From: Eledone cirrhosa
Taxonomy: Eukaryota
Direction of reading: 5' to 3'
Assembly (NCBI GenBank): GCA_964016885.1
Contig: OZ024743.1
Location: forward strand, 70,742,001 to 70,806,000
DNA length: 64,000 nt
Below are positions 12,439-25,604 of this stretch, piece by piece (the stretch's first letter is position 1; the number at the start of each line of letters is the position of its first letter). A program made the translations under genes and the position numbers. The notes under the pieces are model-generated. The model saw nothing but the letters and a program-made list of their open reading frames with translations. It did no database searches and was not told the DNA's origin.

Positions 12439-13004
12439 GGTGGCTGCCAACTCGTTTTCGAGTACGGCCACTACTTTATATCCATCTAGGAGAACCCCTG
12501 CCGATGCGCTGAACGAGTGTGACTTTTTAGTCCAGCCAGCGACTTGAAAACTCTGGTACAAACACTACACTTGTGACAATTATTGACACATAGTGCTGGG
12601 CCCATGGTACCATGTGACGACAAGTGCAGAGAGATCTCCAGATATAAAGCAATGCCTGTGCCGTGAAGCTTTTATAGTGAGCAAAGGCACTGCACAAAGC
12701 CAGTCCCACTCTCTTAACCAAGATGATATTTACCAAAAAGAAGAACATGTCAACATCATTGGATACCATCAGAGTTGCAGGTGTTATATCAGAGTTTTTC
12801 TTCCCCTAGAATTCTGCCTTGACAAAGGCTAAGGAGTCATCTCTCCCGGTGATTTGATGGCCATTGACTCGTAAGAGCTCCTTTGCCCTTTGACAGGTTT
12901 TGTTTTTAGTCCTGCAGGATGTCCAAAGTCACCCTCCTCACCGAGAAACCTTGGTGGGGTTGCCAGTTTAGTCGCCAACGACCCGACCATGAGACAGGTT
13001 GTAC
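12439..13004 (-). mobile_element. Bipartite non-autonomous RTE derivative, near full length
   Basis: Near-identical to 13287-13894. Confidence 0.92.
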
Positions 13005-13036
13005 ATATATATATACATATATACATACATATATAC

Positions 13037-13068
<32 letters not shown>

Positions 13069-13071
13069 ATA

Positions 13072-13107
<36 letters not shown>

Positions 13108-13286
13108 CATATATATATATATACATACATACATATATACATACATATATATATACATACATATATATATACATATATACATATATATACATACACACAT
13201 ACATATATATACATACACATACATATACATACATACACACATACATATACACGCATACATACATATATATACATACATATACATAT

Positions 13287-13894
13287 GGTGGGTGCCAACT
13301 CGTTTTCGAGTACGGCCACTACTTTATATCCATGTAGGAGAACCCCTACCGATGCGCTGAACAAGTGTGACTTTTTAGTCCAGCCAGCGACTTGAAAACT
13401 CTGGTACAAACACTACACTTGTGACAATTATTGACACATAGTGCTGGGCCCATGGTACCATGTGATGACAAGTGCAGAGAGATCTCCATATATAAAGCAA
13501 TGCCTGTGCCGTGAAGCTTTTATAGTGGGCAAAGGCACTGCACAAAGCCAGTCCCACTCTCTTAACCAAGATGATATTTACCAAAAAGAAGAACAAGTCA
13601 ACATCATTGGATACCATCAGGGTTGCAGGCGTTATATCAGAGTTTTCCTTCTCCTAGAATTCTGCCTTGACAAAGGCTAAGGGGTCATCTCTCCCGGTGA
13701 TTTTGGATGGCCATTGACTCTTAAGAGCTCCTTTGCCCTTTGACAGGTTTTGTTTTTAGTCCTGCAGGATGTCCAAAGTCACCCTCCTCACCAAGAAACC
13801 TTGGTCGGGTTGCCAGTTTAGTTGCCAACGACCCGACCATGAGACAGGTTGTACTGGGATACATGTTACCAGTAGCACCAACTGGTGACCTGAC
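13287..13894 (-). mobile_element. Bipartite non-autonomous RTE derivative, apparently full length (~607 bp)
   Basis: 5' part has RTE-UTR-type motifs AACTGGCAACCC and CTAGGAGAAGGAAAACTCTGA; 3' part encodes last Zn finger [19 protein letters not shown] and RTE terminal hairpin; same 5' end as 57138. Confidence 0.92.
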
Positions 13895-13982
13895 ACATAC
13901 ATATACATACATACATACATACATACATACATACATACATACATACATACATACATACATACATACATACATACATACATAC

Positions 13983-14120
13983 CCTGCGATAGCTGGCACC
14001 TTCAAAATATGCAAAACATTCTTGCGATTCAAGGGATGACAATTTCTTTTCTTTTACAACCTTGCCACCAGGAAGGTGGCCGGTCAAAAAAATATACTCG
14101 AAATTAAGAGAAAGAGAAAA
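13983..14120 (+). mobile_element. R4/Dong family A, short 3' copy
   Basis: Near-identical to 12222-12360 (AIAGTFKICKTFLRFKG* plus UTR). Confidence 0.88.
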
Positions 14121-14142
14121 CATACATACATACATACATACA

Positions 14143-14480
14143 TGATGGCAGCAACTCGATTTCGAGTAATGCCCTCACTTGATACTTAAGCATGAGCATC
14201 ACAGACTTGGGTTTTTTTAGTCCTGCAAGGGGTTTGCCTATGGCTATATCAAGCAATGCCTGGTCTTGAAGCTTTTTAAGTGAGGAAAGGCTTTATAAGG
14301 AGTCAATCCCATTCTCTGAACATTGAATGCATTTTCCCTAAAAGAAGAACTGGTCAACATCATTGGTTTCAACCGAATCCAACTTCCATAATTTTCGGCG
14401 AAATCAGGGAAGTACGTGGCTCTGATGAACGCCAACAAGCGTGAAACAGACTGTCAGCTTCTCTCCCTACTTTCGCCGAA
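14143..14480 (-). mobile_element. Third, more diverged bipartite RTE derivative
   Basis: Terminal hairpin GATGGCAGCAACTCGATTTCGAGT and internal block AAGCAATGCCTG..AAAAGAAGAAC..TCAACATCATTGG shared with the family. Confidence 0.65.
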
Positions 14481-14582
14481 AAGAAGTAAGTGACATAGTC
14501 ACTACTTTAAAACTGATAGCATATGGTCTTATAAATGTTTTTAATTAAACATACGGTATATTGCCAAATATACTATACATAC

Positions 14583-14641
<59 letters not shown>

Positions 14642-14772
14642 ACACTCTACTAACCCAAGTATTGAGTTGAGTACTCTGGTGCGTAATGGTCTAATAGGTT
14701 TTTACTGCATCCATTTTCATATATATATATATATAATATATAAGATCAAAAGATGGTTAAATGAGTTCCATG

Positions 14773-14843
14773 TATTTTATTATGCGCATTTCAAAAACAA
14801 ATATCATCATGCAATAACATTTGTGTTTTCATCAGATAAAATA
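14773..14843 (-). ncRNA. Type-I hammerhead ribozyme (inverted arm copy)
   Basis: Reverse complement of 18930-19000. Confidence 0.85.
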
Positions 14844-15750
14844 GGAGGACATGATATGAAGGTTAAAAAACACTTGTGGATAGTGCAGTTTTAAATCAAC
14901 ATATTTAAAGTAGTTTTAGATTGATGTGTGATATTGGGGGAAAAAAATTTTTGAGGGGGGAGGGTTGGAAAGGATGAAAAAGAGGAGGAGATGAGAGTAA
15001 AAAGTGGAGGGGGAGGAGTATAGTGAGGAAGGATGAGATAGGAGGAGAGATGGGTGATAGAGAGAGAGAGAGATAGCTTTTATAACTGAGAAAAATATAT
15101 TGTTTTACATAGAGACGTTGAAAAAACCGTTGGAAGATAATGTATAAATTAAAAGAATTTGAAAATTAACGAAGAGAACAATAATGTAAAGTTAAGGTTT
15201 GTATATTGAAGGGTTTAATAATATGTGCGATGAAAAGAAATTGTTAATATGTATTAAGAATAATATTTAAGGGTTTAATAATATGTGCGATGGAAAGAAA
15301 ATGTTAATATGTATTAAGAATAATATTTAAGGGTTTAATAATATGTGCGATGGAAAGAAAATGTTGATATGTATTATTAAAAAAACAGAAGTAATGTAAG
15401 TAAGGATATATTGTGAGATGAGCATGAATAAGTTAGATGAAAAGGAGAAAAAAATAATGAATAGAGGATGAATAATCTAACGTCAAAAAATGTTTATGTT
15501 TACGAAGGATTTTTTCAAGGTGATATGAAGTAAGAATATGGTGTATTGTGTGATAATTGTTTCTATGTTAGGCACAGTGAGAAAAGGTACAGATTAGGGG
15601 TTAGAAATTAGGAGTGATGTAGAATATAATAAATATAATAAATAACTTTGAAATAAGGTAGAAAGATGGGTATATTTTTAAAGAAGTATATATATATATA
15701 TATGTGTGTGCCTTTGAGAAAAGGATTCTGAATTGATAAAGTTTATCATA

Positions 15751-16508
15751 TTAGCTGTATACTTTATGGAAAGTTCTGTGGAATTTATGCAAACAGATAG
15801 AAAACAAGTCAGTGCGTCTATTTATTATAGAATCTAAATTAGAAATAATGGTAAATTTTTCATTTAGACAGAGATTGCAAGTTTTGGATAGAGAACTGTT
15901 CAAGTATGGAGAAGCAGAGGAAACCTTTTTCCAAGAGATGTTATATTTAATATTTTTGTCTTTCAAGGACCATATGAGTTCTGAGAGAGCCGTGTTGGTT
16001 CTTTTAAGTTTATATTTAAAAGACGAATGATGATTATAAAGACGAGCTTTAAAGGAGGAGGAAGTGGAGCCAAAATAGGTGAAGGAATTGGTGTCAGTTA
16101 TAACTTTACATTCGTAAATTAAGTTTTTATCAAGACAATGGTTGTTGAGAGGACATTTATTTTTAGCAGGGCAATTGCAATTGCGATTAGAGAGATTATT
16201 AACGAGTGACCTAGTGTTATCTATAGAAGGAATTGGATTGGAGAAGTTATTGGCGTTAGGAATAATAGTTTCTTGATTTAGAATGGGATTAAGAACATTT
16301 AGCGAAGTTGTGTTTGACGTTGTATTTGGGTTTGCAGAAATTAGCCTAGGGTTTACAATGACGTCGGGAGTACTATTACTATTATTATGTTGGAAGGAAG
16401 AGATTTAGAATTTAGTATTTTATTGTTGTGTTTAGAGATAATGTTGGAAATTTTGGAGGATGTCGAATAGGAAAATTTTATAGTGTGTTTGTTAAATATT
16501 TTACTATA
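15751..16508 (-). pseudogene. Inverted copy of PLE linker and GIY-YIG endonuclease
   Basis: CNCPAKNKCPLNNHCL..LIY..TYFGST..FKARLYNH..CNLCLNEK on the minus strand. Confidence 0.88.
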
Positions 16509-18008
16509 TTTTACCGCACGTAAAACCATCCTTGAGTTCAACAATGAATATTGGACCAGAGCTGATACCTCTAACAACTTCGACATCACAATGGGAGCAT
16601 CTGATTCATCCCAATTGACAGATTTAATTGGTATCCTTATTTTGAACTCTTTGAGTCGAAAAATTCCTCCACTTCGCGGTGGAATTTATCGTGACGATGG
16701 ACTCTTTACTATCTTAAATTGCAACACAGTTAACCTTAATATTATTAAGAACAATATACGTAATCTCTTTAACCAACATAACCTAAAAATTGAATTTGAT
16801 AACAACATCAAACTAGCTAATTTCTTGGATGTATCTCTTAATCTTGACACTGGCCTATATTACCCTTACCACAAAAACAATGAGAAACTAAATTATGTTA
16901 ATTTTAAATCTAACCACCCTACCAATATTAAGAATGCCATAGTTAGTAATATTGGAAAAAGAATATCTAACCTATCTTCTAATAAAAACATCTTCGATGC
17001 TAACGCCAATTACCATAATAACGCGCTTTCTAAAGCCGGCTATCCTGATAAAATCAAATATAATAAAGAAACAAATTCTAGAAGATCTTACAGTAGAATA
17101 ATTAATTATGATCATTCCAATAACTTTAATAAAAGACCTAGTTACAAAAACATAATCTGGTATAATGCTCCTTTCTCCATCTCTATTAATAATAATATTC
17201 CTAAATTATTCTTTAGTGCCTTAAATAAATGCTTCCCTCCCTCACATATCTATAGTAAAATATTTAACAAACACACTATAAAATTTTCCTATTCGACATC
17301 CTCCAACATTTCCAACATTATCTCTAAACACAACAATAAAATACTAAATACTAAATCTCTTCCTTCCAACATAATAATAGTAATAGTACTCCCGACGTCA
17401 TTGTAAACCCTAGGCTAATTTCTGCAAACCCAAATACAACGTCAAACACAACTTCGCTAAATATTCTTAATCCCATTCTAAATCAAGAAACTATTATTCC
17501 TATCGCCAATAACTTCTCCAATCCAATTCCTTCTATAGATAACACTAGGTCACTCGTTAATAATCTCTCTAATCGCAATTGCAATTGCCCTGCTAAAAAT
17601 AAATGTCCTCTCAACAACCATTGTCTTGATAAAAACTTAATTTACGAATGTAAAGTTATAACTGACACCAATTCCTTCACCTATTTTGGCTTCACTTCCA
17701 CCTCCTTTAAAGCTCGTCTTTATAATCATCATTCGTCTTTTAAATATAAACTTAAAAGAACCAACACGGCTCTCTCAGAACTCATATGGTCTTTGAAAGA
17801 CAAAAATATTAAATATAACATCTCTTGGAAAAAGGTTTCCTCTGCTTCTCCATACTTGAACAGTTCTCTATACAAGACTTGCAATCTATGTCTAAATGAA
17901 AAATTTACCATTATTCCTAATTTAGATTCTATAACAAATAGACGCACTGACTTGTTTTCTATCTGCTTGCATAAATTCCACAGAACTTTCCATAAAGTAT
18001 ACAGCTAA
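16509..18008 (+). pseudogene. PLE polyprotein remnant: RT (5'-truncated) plus GIY-YIG, -1 frameshift between 17355 and 17406
   Basis: ITMGASDSSQLTDLIG, GIYRDDGL, NFLDVSLNL, YVNFKSNHP, IIWYNAPFS; then in the -1 frame CNC..CPL..CL, LIY..YFG, FKARLYNH, LSELIWSLK, CNLCLNEK. Confidence 0.92.
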
Positions 18009-18048
18009 TATGATAAACTTTATCAATTCAGAATCCTTTTCTCAAAGG

Positions 18049-18095
<47 letters not shown>

Positions 18096-18404
18096 TTCTT
18101 TAAAAATATACCCATCTTTCTACCTTATTTCAAAGTTATTTATTATATTTATTATATTCTACATCACTTCTAATTTCTAACCCCTAATCTGTACCTTTTC
18201 TCACTGTGCCTAACATAGAAACAATTATTACACAATACACCATATTCTTACTTCATATCACCTTGAAAGAATCCTTCGTAAACATAAACATTTTTTGACG
18301 TTAGATTATTCATCCTCTATTCATTATTTTTTTCTCCTTTTCATCTAACTTATTCATGCTCATCTCACAATATATCTTTACTTAAATTACTTCTGTTTTT
18401 TTAA

Positions 18405-18572
18405 TAATACATATCAACATTTTCTTTCCATCGCACATATTATTAAACCCTTAAATATTATTCTTAATACATATTAACATTTCTTTCCATCGCACATATT
18501 ATTAAACCCTTAAATATTATTCTTAATACATATTAACAATTTCTTTTCATCGCACATATTATTAAACCCTTC
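18405..18572 (+). repeat. Three ~60-bp tandem units in the PLE 3' UTR (mirrored at ~15205-15375)
   Basis: CATCGCACATATTATTAAACCCTT occurs three times. Confidence 0.85.
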
Positions 18573-18929
18573 AATATACAAACCTTAACTTTACATTATT
18601 GTTCTCTTCGTTAATTTTCAAATTCTTTTAATTTATACATTATCTTCCAACGGTTTGTTCAATCTCTCTATGTAAAACAACATATTTTTCTCGGTTATAA
18701 AAGCTATCTCTCTCTCTCTCTATCACCCATCTCTCTATCATCCTTCCTCACTATACTCCTCCCCCTCCACTTTTTACTCTCATCTCCTCCTCTTTTTCAT
18801 CCTTTCCACCCCCCCCCCCCTCAAAAAAATTTTCCCCAATATCACACATCAATCTAAAACTACTTTTCATATGTTGATTTAAAACTGCACTATCCACAAG
18901 TGTTTTTTAACCTTCATATCATGTCCTCC

Positions 18930-19000
18930 TATTTTATCTGATGAAAACACAAATGTTATTGCATGATGATATTTGTTTTTGAAATGCGCATAATAAAATA
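18930..19000 (+). ncRNA. Type-I hammerhead ribozyme in PLE pLTR
   Basis: Stem [17 protein letters not shown]; CTGATGA; long stem II ACAAATGTTATT/GATGATATTTGT; GAAA-TGCGCA-TA (palindromic stem III, AUA site). Confidence 0.88.
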
Positions 19001-19126
19001 CATGGAACTCATTTAACCATCTTTTGATCTTATATATTATGTATACTCCAGTCCTACAAACTGTAGAGTGCTTCTTATCCGATATCTGCATTGCTTTATT
19101 GTACTACAATAAAACTCACCTCATAC

Positions 19127-19169
<43 letters not shown>

Positions 19170-19224
19170 CACTTTGTACTGCACCCTTCGTTATTGTTTT
19201 TGTTTTCTGTTGTAACTATATATA

Positions 19225-19266
<42 letters not shown>

Positions 19267-19267
19267 A

Positions 19268-19692
<425 letters not shown>

Positions 19693-19694
19693 CA

Positions 19695-19850
19695 ATATCG
19701 GAGAAAGCTTTTTAGCGATACTCCGGCCAAATTCCAACTCACTCAACAAACATTAGGAAATAAGTGATTATATTCCCAATTATGTGCTCGGGTGCTAACT
19801 AAAAGTATTGCGTGGAAAATTGGCTGTATTATTTCAAATGAGACATATCT
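19695..19850. repeat. Unclassified interspersed repeat
   Basis: AGCGATACTCCGGCCAAATTCCAACTCA..AACATTAGG shared with 39308 and 45530. Confidence 0.75.
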
Positions 19851-19864
19851 AATATATATATATA

Positions 19865-20047
19865 ATTTAATATACAAATGGCTTCTACAGAACTAGATCT
19901 GTTTCATTCGGGAGAAATCATCAGGGCATTCCTGATGATTTTTTTCGAATGAAACAGTTCTATTTCTGTAGGAACCATTTCTATATTAAATATGATTTTT
20001 GTACTCTACTAATGTATTGAGTACCTTACTTACTGTAGTTACCTCTT
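19865..20047 (+). mobile_element. Short fold-back element family P
   Basis: Palindrome 19865-19991 plus tail to ~20047. Confidence 0.7.
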
Positions 20048-20090
20048 AGTGATATATATATATGTGTGTGTGTATGCGTGTGTGTGTGTA

Positions 20091-20141
<51 letters not shown>

Positions 20142-20264
20142 GTCTTTATATTTTTGTATTTCTCCTCCTTTCTCTCCTTTTGCTCAAATACTCTCTTCAC
20201 GCATTCTGCTATCTTTCTTTTTTTCGTTTCTATCTATCTATCTATCGAGAGGCGGTTTTCCTTT

Positions 20265-20720
20265 GTGTGATAGCTATGGCGAAAGAGGCGAGGTTAAAAG
20301 GGCTGAGGTCAGACACCTTTCTCTCCGGCCAACAACTGATTCTTTTTTTCAAATACCAATTTGGAAGAAGAATCAGGATGGAGAGAGAGGTGCTGTACCC
20401 CAACAAGTTTTATGAAAGGTGGGTGAAAGTGGTGAGAATGGCCCGAGTGAATGGGCCTTCTCTCTATATCAGCCTGTAGGTTGAGGAAAAAAAGGAAGAG
20501 AGGAAAGGGGTATAAACTCTTCGTACTCCTGGAGATGAGGGTTGCACATTTCTTCGGGGGTATGTGTTACCCATATGAAATGCCCCCCCTATTGGGGAAA
20601 ATCGATTAATTTTTAAATTGCATTTGTGATAGTATTTTACACGTTTTTATTGTATGTAAACTTCCCCCTTTGTATTTGTCCCCTTCTTTTGTGCCCCTGC
20701 GGATAATAAAGAAACATATC
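20265..20720 (+). mobile_element. Tx1/L1-like LINE 3' end
   Basis: AMAKE..RLKGL..SGQQLILFFK..RMER..F.ERW resembles a Tx1/L1 ORF2 C-terminus; UTR ends ..GCCCCTGCGGATAATAAAGAAA then (TATC)n. Confidence 0.55.
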
Positions 20721-21490
20721 TATCTATCTATCACCCCCGCCGTCACGTCTCGTAACGTCCCATTTTTTAACGCCCTTGTGGTAAATAAAGAAAGATATCT
20801 ATATATGTATCTATCTATCACTCTCTGTTTATTATTTACCCTACATTTCTCTCTCTCTCTCTCTCCCTCTCTCTCATTTTTTTTCCTTCCCCCTTTATTG
20901 CACTCTCTTTCGCTCTCTATTTTTTTTACTGTTCATTTCCTTCTCCTTCTCCGTCTCCTTCTTCTCCGTTTCTGTTTTTTCTTCTTTCATGTAACTCCAA
21001 ATCACGAATGGAGAGAGAAGGGAGAGAGAAAGGAACGTGGAGTAGTCTTATATCTTTCCGCTCTTAATAAACAATGCGCCTGTTCACTTCTTTAACCGAT
21101 ACCGGGTACAACAAACAGCATGTATTCCGTATACAGTTTATTTTGAAATAAAATGGAGAAACTATGTCAGAAAGTGGATAAAACAAGTCTGAAACTTCAA
21201 AAGCTTTCCATTACACCCGGTTTTACTTTGCTGCAAAGTTACTATGAGTAAATTCTGTTTGATCGTTCTGCAATAGCAGCGGCTTCATTTCTATTGCGGA
21301 GGTAAGAAAGGGGCTCGCTGTATGGTACCGCATTTTATTAATTTCTTTTAGGAATTTTTATTTAGAAATTTTATTTTTTGTTTATTTGTTGTTGTTTTTT
21401 CTCGTTATTTAATTATTATTTTTTCTCTATCTCTTTTCAAAAAGAAATAGAGAGCTAAAATATAGATAGATAGATTGATTGACATAGATA

Positions 21491-21524
<34 letters not shown>

Positions 21525-21529
21525 AATAA

Positions 21530-21690
21530 ATAGATATATTTCCTTATTTGCCACAAGGGCGCGCAAGAAAAGGAGACAATACAAGGACATATGCCGGGGA
21601 TTTTACATACAATCGTGTAAAAAAAAAATTTTAACAAACAAATTCTACAATCGAAACCCCCAATAGGGGGGAGACGTTACAAATGAATAG
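21530..21690 (-). mobile_element. 3' UTR of the same Tx1/L1-like family
   Basis: CCCCCTATTGGGG..TTGTATGTAAA..GCCCTTGTGGCAAATAA shared with 20580-20720 and 20760-20800; (TATC)n flanks. Confidence 0.55.
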
Positions 21691-21722
21691 ATAGAGAGAT
21701 AGAGAGAGGGAGAGAGAGAGAG

Positions 21723-21775
<53 letters not shown>

Positions 21776-21958
21776 GAAAAAAAATAAATAGGCCATGAAC
21801 AACACCAGCTCAGAAGAAACAAAAAGTTGATAAGACGGCTTCATATTACGTTTGCTCGAACAGGGCTGACCTTCGACTAAACAGCAACAGCACCAACATC
21901 ACAGTTAGATCTGTTACTCTTCTCTCTCTCTTTCTCTCTCTCTCCCTCTCACCCTCTC

Positions 21959-22014
<56 letters not shown>

Positions 22015-22259
22015 GTGTGTGTGTGTCTGAGTGCGTCTGCAAGCATCACAACAGGATATGGTAATACATGACCAGCGACATATCCTCATGATTGCATAAC
22101 TACACCTACGATTGCATAAGCATGCAACAGAAGTATATATCATGCAATAAAGCAATTATGGTGAAGTAACTACTCTTAATTTGATATATATAAGACAATG
22201 ACACTGGATCGAGACCTTTGGCGCCTTGCAGTTGTACAGAAGACCCGACTACTATTGCA

Positions 22260-22566
22260 TACAAAACTACAGTCAGTAGGTACCTCTTAACCCAATGTAC
22301 ACCCCACCACCACATCCTCCTTCTCCCGTTCCGTCCACTGTGTCGATGACACAACAGTCCACACTGTAAGGTGGCCGTGTAGGAGACACGGTGAAAAGGC
22401 TCCCACTCCACACTGTAAAAAAAAGGTGTAAAAAAAAAGCCTGCCAGAGACGCTTCCGTGCGAGCGAGATATGGTCTCCCGACCATTCCCGCATCAGATG
22501 GAACAAAACTGTCTAACCCATGCTAGCGTGGAAGATGGATGTTAATCAATGATGATGATGATGATG
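22260..22566 (+). mobile_element. Decayed SINE/LINE 3' end with (GAT)n tail
   Basis: AACCCATGCTAGCGTGGAA..GTTAA followed by (TGA)n. Confidence 0.4.
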
Positions 22567-23334
22567 ATATATATATATACTCACAGAGAGAGAGAGAGAG
22601 AGAGAGAGATTTTAAATTTGATGTCTGAAGATAGTCTTTTTCAATATAAGGCTAGCCATTAAATCTGCAGTAACATTATAAACTTTCGACGGTACGATTC
22701 ATAAATCTGTGTGCACCAGCCGCGATTACTCAATGACTGGCGATTGTAAATGTATCTCAACAAAATTTCGTTGATAAAAAACCAAGAATCGTTAAGTAAG
22801 GAAACAATATCAGAGGCTGTGCACTAAACTGTAGTAAGGTCACCTGTGGTTTATTTACATCTATTTTACAAATAAAAACACAACGAACCATAGCTATAAT
22901 TATTTAATGTGATGAAGATTACTAGAAACGACACAAAGATTTCTTTTTTCCATAATGATCAATAGGTTGTTTAGTAAAATCAGTTGAAAAGCTTTTTATA
23001 ATAGAATCAGCAATGCATTTGTATGGAACAGTCACTGCAATAGTACTTTAAAAAGTAAAACAAAATGTAGACATTTTTATTTTACAAAAAATAAATACTT
23101 GTTTTATTTAGATACAAATTCCAAAGCCACCTTGTTTTTATTGCAAATTCCTCTAATATATATTTATGTCATTTTTTTGTCGTTCTCAATAGACGAATAT
23201 TTGTTTTTTTTTATGGAAACATTGGCTTGATAAACAACAGTCCTTGCGTCATTGTTCGATTAAAGAATAATTGATTTCAGTCAAAGTTGCAGGGATAGTA
23301 AGGAAAAGTTGAATTAGTCTCACAGTTGCAGATA

Positions 23335-23820
23335 TAACAGACGAGATCATAAAGCATGGCTTGGAAGCTGCGAGCTTCCCGTTCCAGCTCGAGCCGGTGG
23401 GCTTGACCGAGGGGACGGTAAAAGGCTAGAGGGTATGACCATCTTCCCGTTCCGCGGTGGTAAACCAGTCATCTGGGATGTGACATGCAGCGACAATTTC
23501 TCCAGTGGCAACCTGGTGCAGTCTGCGACTTATCCAGACTCTGCTGCACTTCGGGCCGAGGAGAATACATTCTACAAGTATCGATCACTCTCCGACAGGT
23601 TTGCGGTTGAACCCGTAGCAGTGGAGACTTCTCGTGTCCTTGGCTCTAGGAGCACCTCCCTACTCACCACCATCGACACAGAGTTGGCTACCAGCCTCGT
23701 GAGCTGGAATGGCTCTTCCAACACGTCTTCCTCACCATCCTCCGGGGAAACACCGTCTCTATTCTGTCCGCCGGGGCCGTGGGAGGGCTAGTGTGTGGGC
23801 TCCCGTTTGCTTATAATATT
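23335..23820 (+). mobile_element. CRE-clade RLE non-LTR retrotransposon 3' fragment (frameshifted)
   Basis: EIIK..LEPVGL / GDGKR.EGMTIFPFRGGK.VIWDVTC.D / KY..L / PVAVET / WLFQ..RGN..SIL. Confidence 0.8.
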
Positions 23821-24191
23821 CCGATATGGTGAGACCGAGAGAGACAAGGGCAGTGAGTGAAAGTATTTTATTACATCTTGTTTGGTGTATGGCCATGGAA
23901 ATATTTACAGACAAGAAACCCAGTTTATGGTGTAACGATAAAGTGGTAGTATTACTTGATTTAAACTGTTTAACGACATTCTACCGATACATATATTTCA
24001 GCTCATTTACCAAGGATTTTGTGCTACAAAACTTTCTAGGAAAGGCATGGACAAACACTTTCAAACTTCTTCACCTCAAATAATTCGAAATATTAAAACA
24101 TTCCTCAATGTGAACAAATCGCTTCTTCAGTCATGAATATCTCATCATTTTATGTGTATATATGGCTACATTATCTAATACAGAAGTATAA

Positions 24192-24381
24192 GGTGGTGGA
24201 TTAGCAGTATCGGTAGAGGGCCGGACGCCATGTTTTGCAGCATAGAGTTACGTCCCTTTACGATCTGAGTTCAAATCCCGCCGAAGTTAACTTTGCCTTT
24301 CATCATTAAGGGGTCGATAAAATAAAGCACCAGTAATGCACAGGGATAATTACTGGCCTTGTGCCAAAAATAGAGACAATT
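24192..24381 (+). mobile_element. SINE family A with 14-bp TSD
   Basis: A and B boxes plus core; ATTATCTAATACAG duplicated at ~24170 and ~24379. Confidence 0.88.
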
Positions 24382-24785
24382 ATCTAATACAGTAGTTGCG
24401 AAACTTATTTTGTTTCATATCTCTTGCCTGATTTTACGGGGCTATCTTTTATGAACAACCCCCATCACTCTAATTTTATAAGGCATGAAATGAGACAATC
24501 TTTTTTTTATAAGAAAGAATTTGTTCGTATGAAAAATGATAGTTTAATTTTATTTTATTTTATTAAAATACACCCTATCTCGCAATACTCCAGAATCTCT
24601 TCGCGTAACCCATTCAGGAAAATATTGATCTCATATGTCCTGCACTTGAGGATGGGAGTACTAAAGAGATTTGACTCTTTTTTAAACATGTAGAGCATTC
24701 GTTGCTCGACAAGCTGAATATCGTAAACTGATGAAGTATTAGCCGCTTTCTGATAAGTTTGTTATTGAAACTGCAATGGTGAAAA

Positions 24786-25058
24786 CAGGGCCGGATTTAA
24801 TGGAGTGGGTTGGGGTGCAAAAGGCGCACTGTCCCGGGCCCTGTGTTGGAGCGGGGAGCTGGTTATTTTTAGTTCTAGGATGGTTAAATGTTTTAATTTA
24901 ATACCTGTATATATAACTTTTCAACTCCAATTACTTGCACCCAGCTGACTTTGATATTTAAAATTGGGGGTTTGCTGTGTATTCTAATTTATTTTGTGTA
25001 TGAGGGGCAAAACAATCTTGAAGTGCCTAGGGTCCCCAAAGGTCTAAATTCGGCCCTA
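24786..25058. mobile_element. hAT-type MITE
   Basis: TIR CAGGGCCGGATTTA / TAAATTCGGCCCTA; degenerate 8-bp TSD GGTGAAAA / GGTGGAGA. Confidence 0.7.
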
Positions 25059-25604
25059 GGTGGAGACATCCTGCGTTCTTGTTCCCTGGACCAACTCTAT
25101 ACTCACTACTATCGAGGCGGATTTGTCCACCCGTAGGAGTTAACCCCATGAGTTGTTGGAATAGTTATTTCAACGCGTTTCCCTCGTCATCTTCCCAGCA
25201 AATGTTTTCTCCATGCTATCCGCTACAATCACGAGGTGGCTTACGCCTAGGGTTCTGCAAACCAGAGAGCGTCCTTCCTCCCACACGATCCGAGCCCGTA
25301 TCACTGGGGTAGGTAGCGATGTTTAAATATTCTTTCTAACATTTAAACAATACATCATCTTCGTTTATCTTTAAACATATAAAGCAAAGCATGATATTTA
25401 CAACAAAAGCAATGTTTGTGATATTTTGCTGTCTTTTGAGAAATCTTGTATCTAATATTAGTAGTAAAAGGTATTTTTATTGAAGCGGATATTTTACTAT
25501 GACATGCAACCACATAGCATAGCCTTGGGAACAAGTTGTTATAGTAACTGATTTGCATTGATTGTTCTTGCGTTTTATTGGCTCCGGGGGTTGTAAGCCT
25601 TACA

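Larger units (their letters stand above)
14733..19130 (+). mobile_element. Penelope-like element (Neptune-type) with ~1.78-kb inverted duplication
   Basis: RT, Cys-rich linker and GIY-YIG, 3' hammerhead; 14733-16508 is the reverse complement of 17251-19040; unpaired tail 19041-19130; TA tracts on both sides. Confidence 0.92.

Noticed and set aside
12527-12832. Recurrent 79-83 aa ORFs (MLGPWYH.., MVSNDVD..) suggesting a small gene family
   Set aside because: Chance frames within the multi-copy non-autonomous RTE derivative
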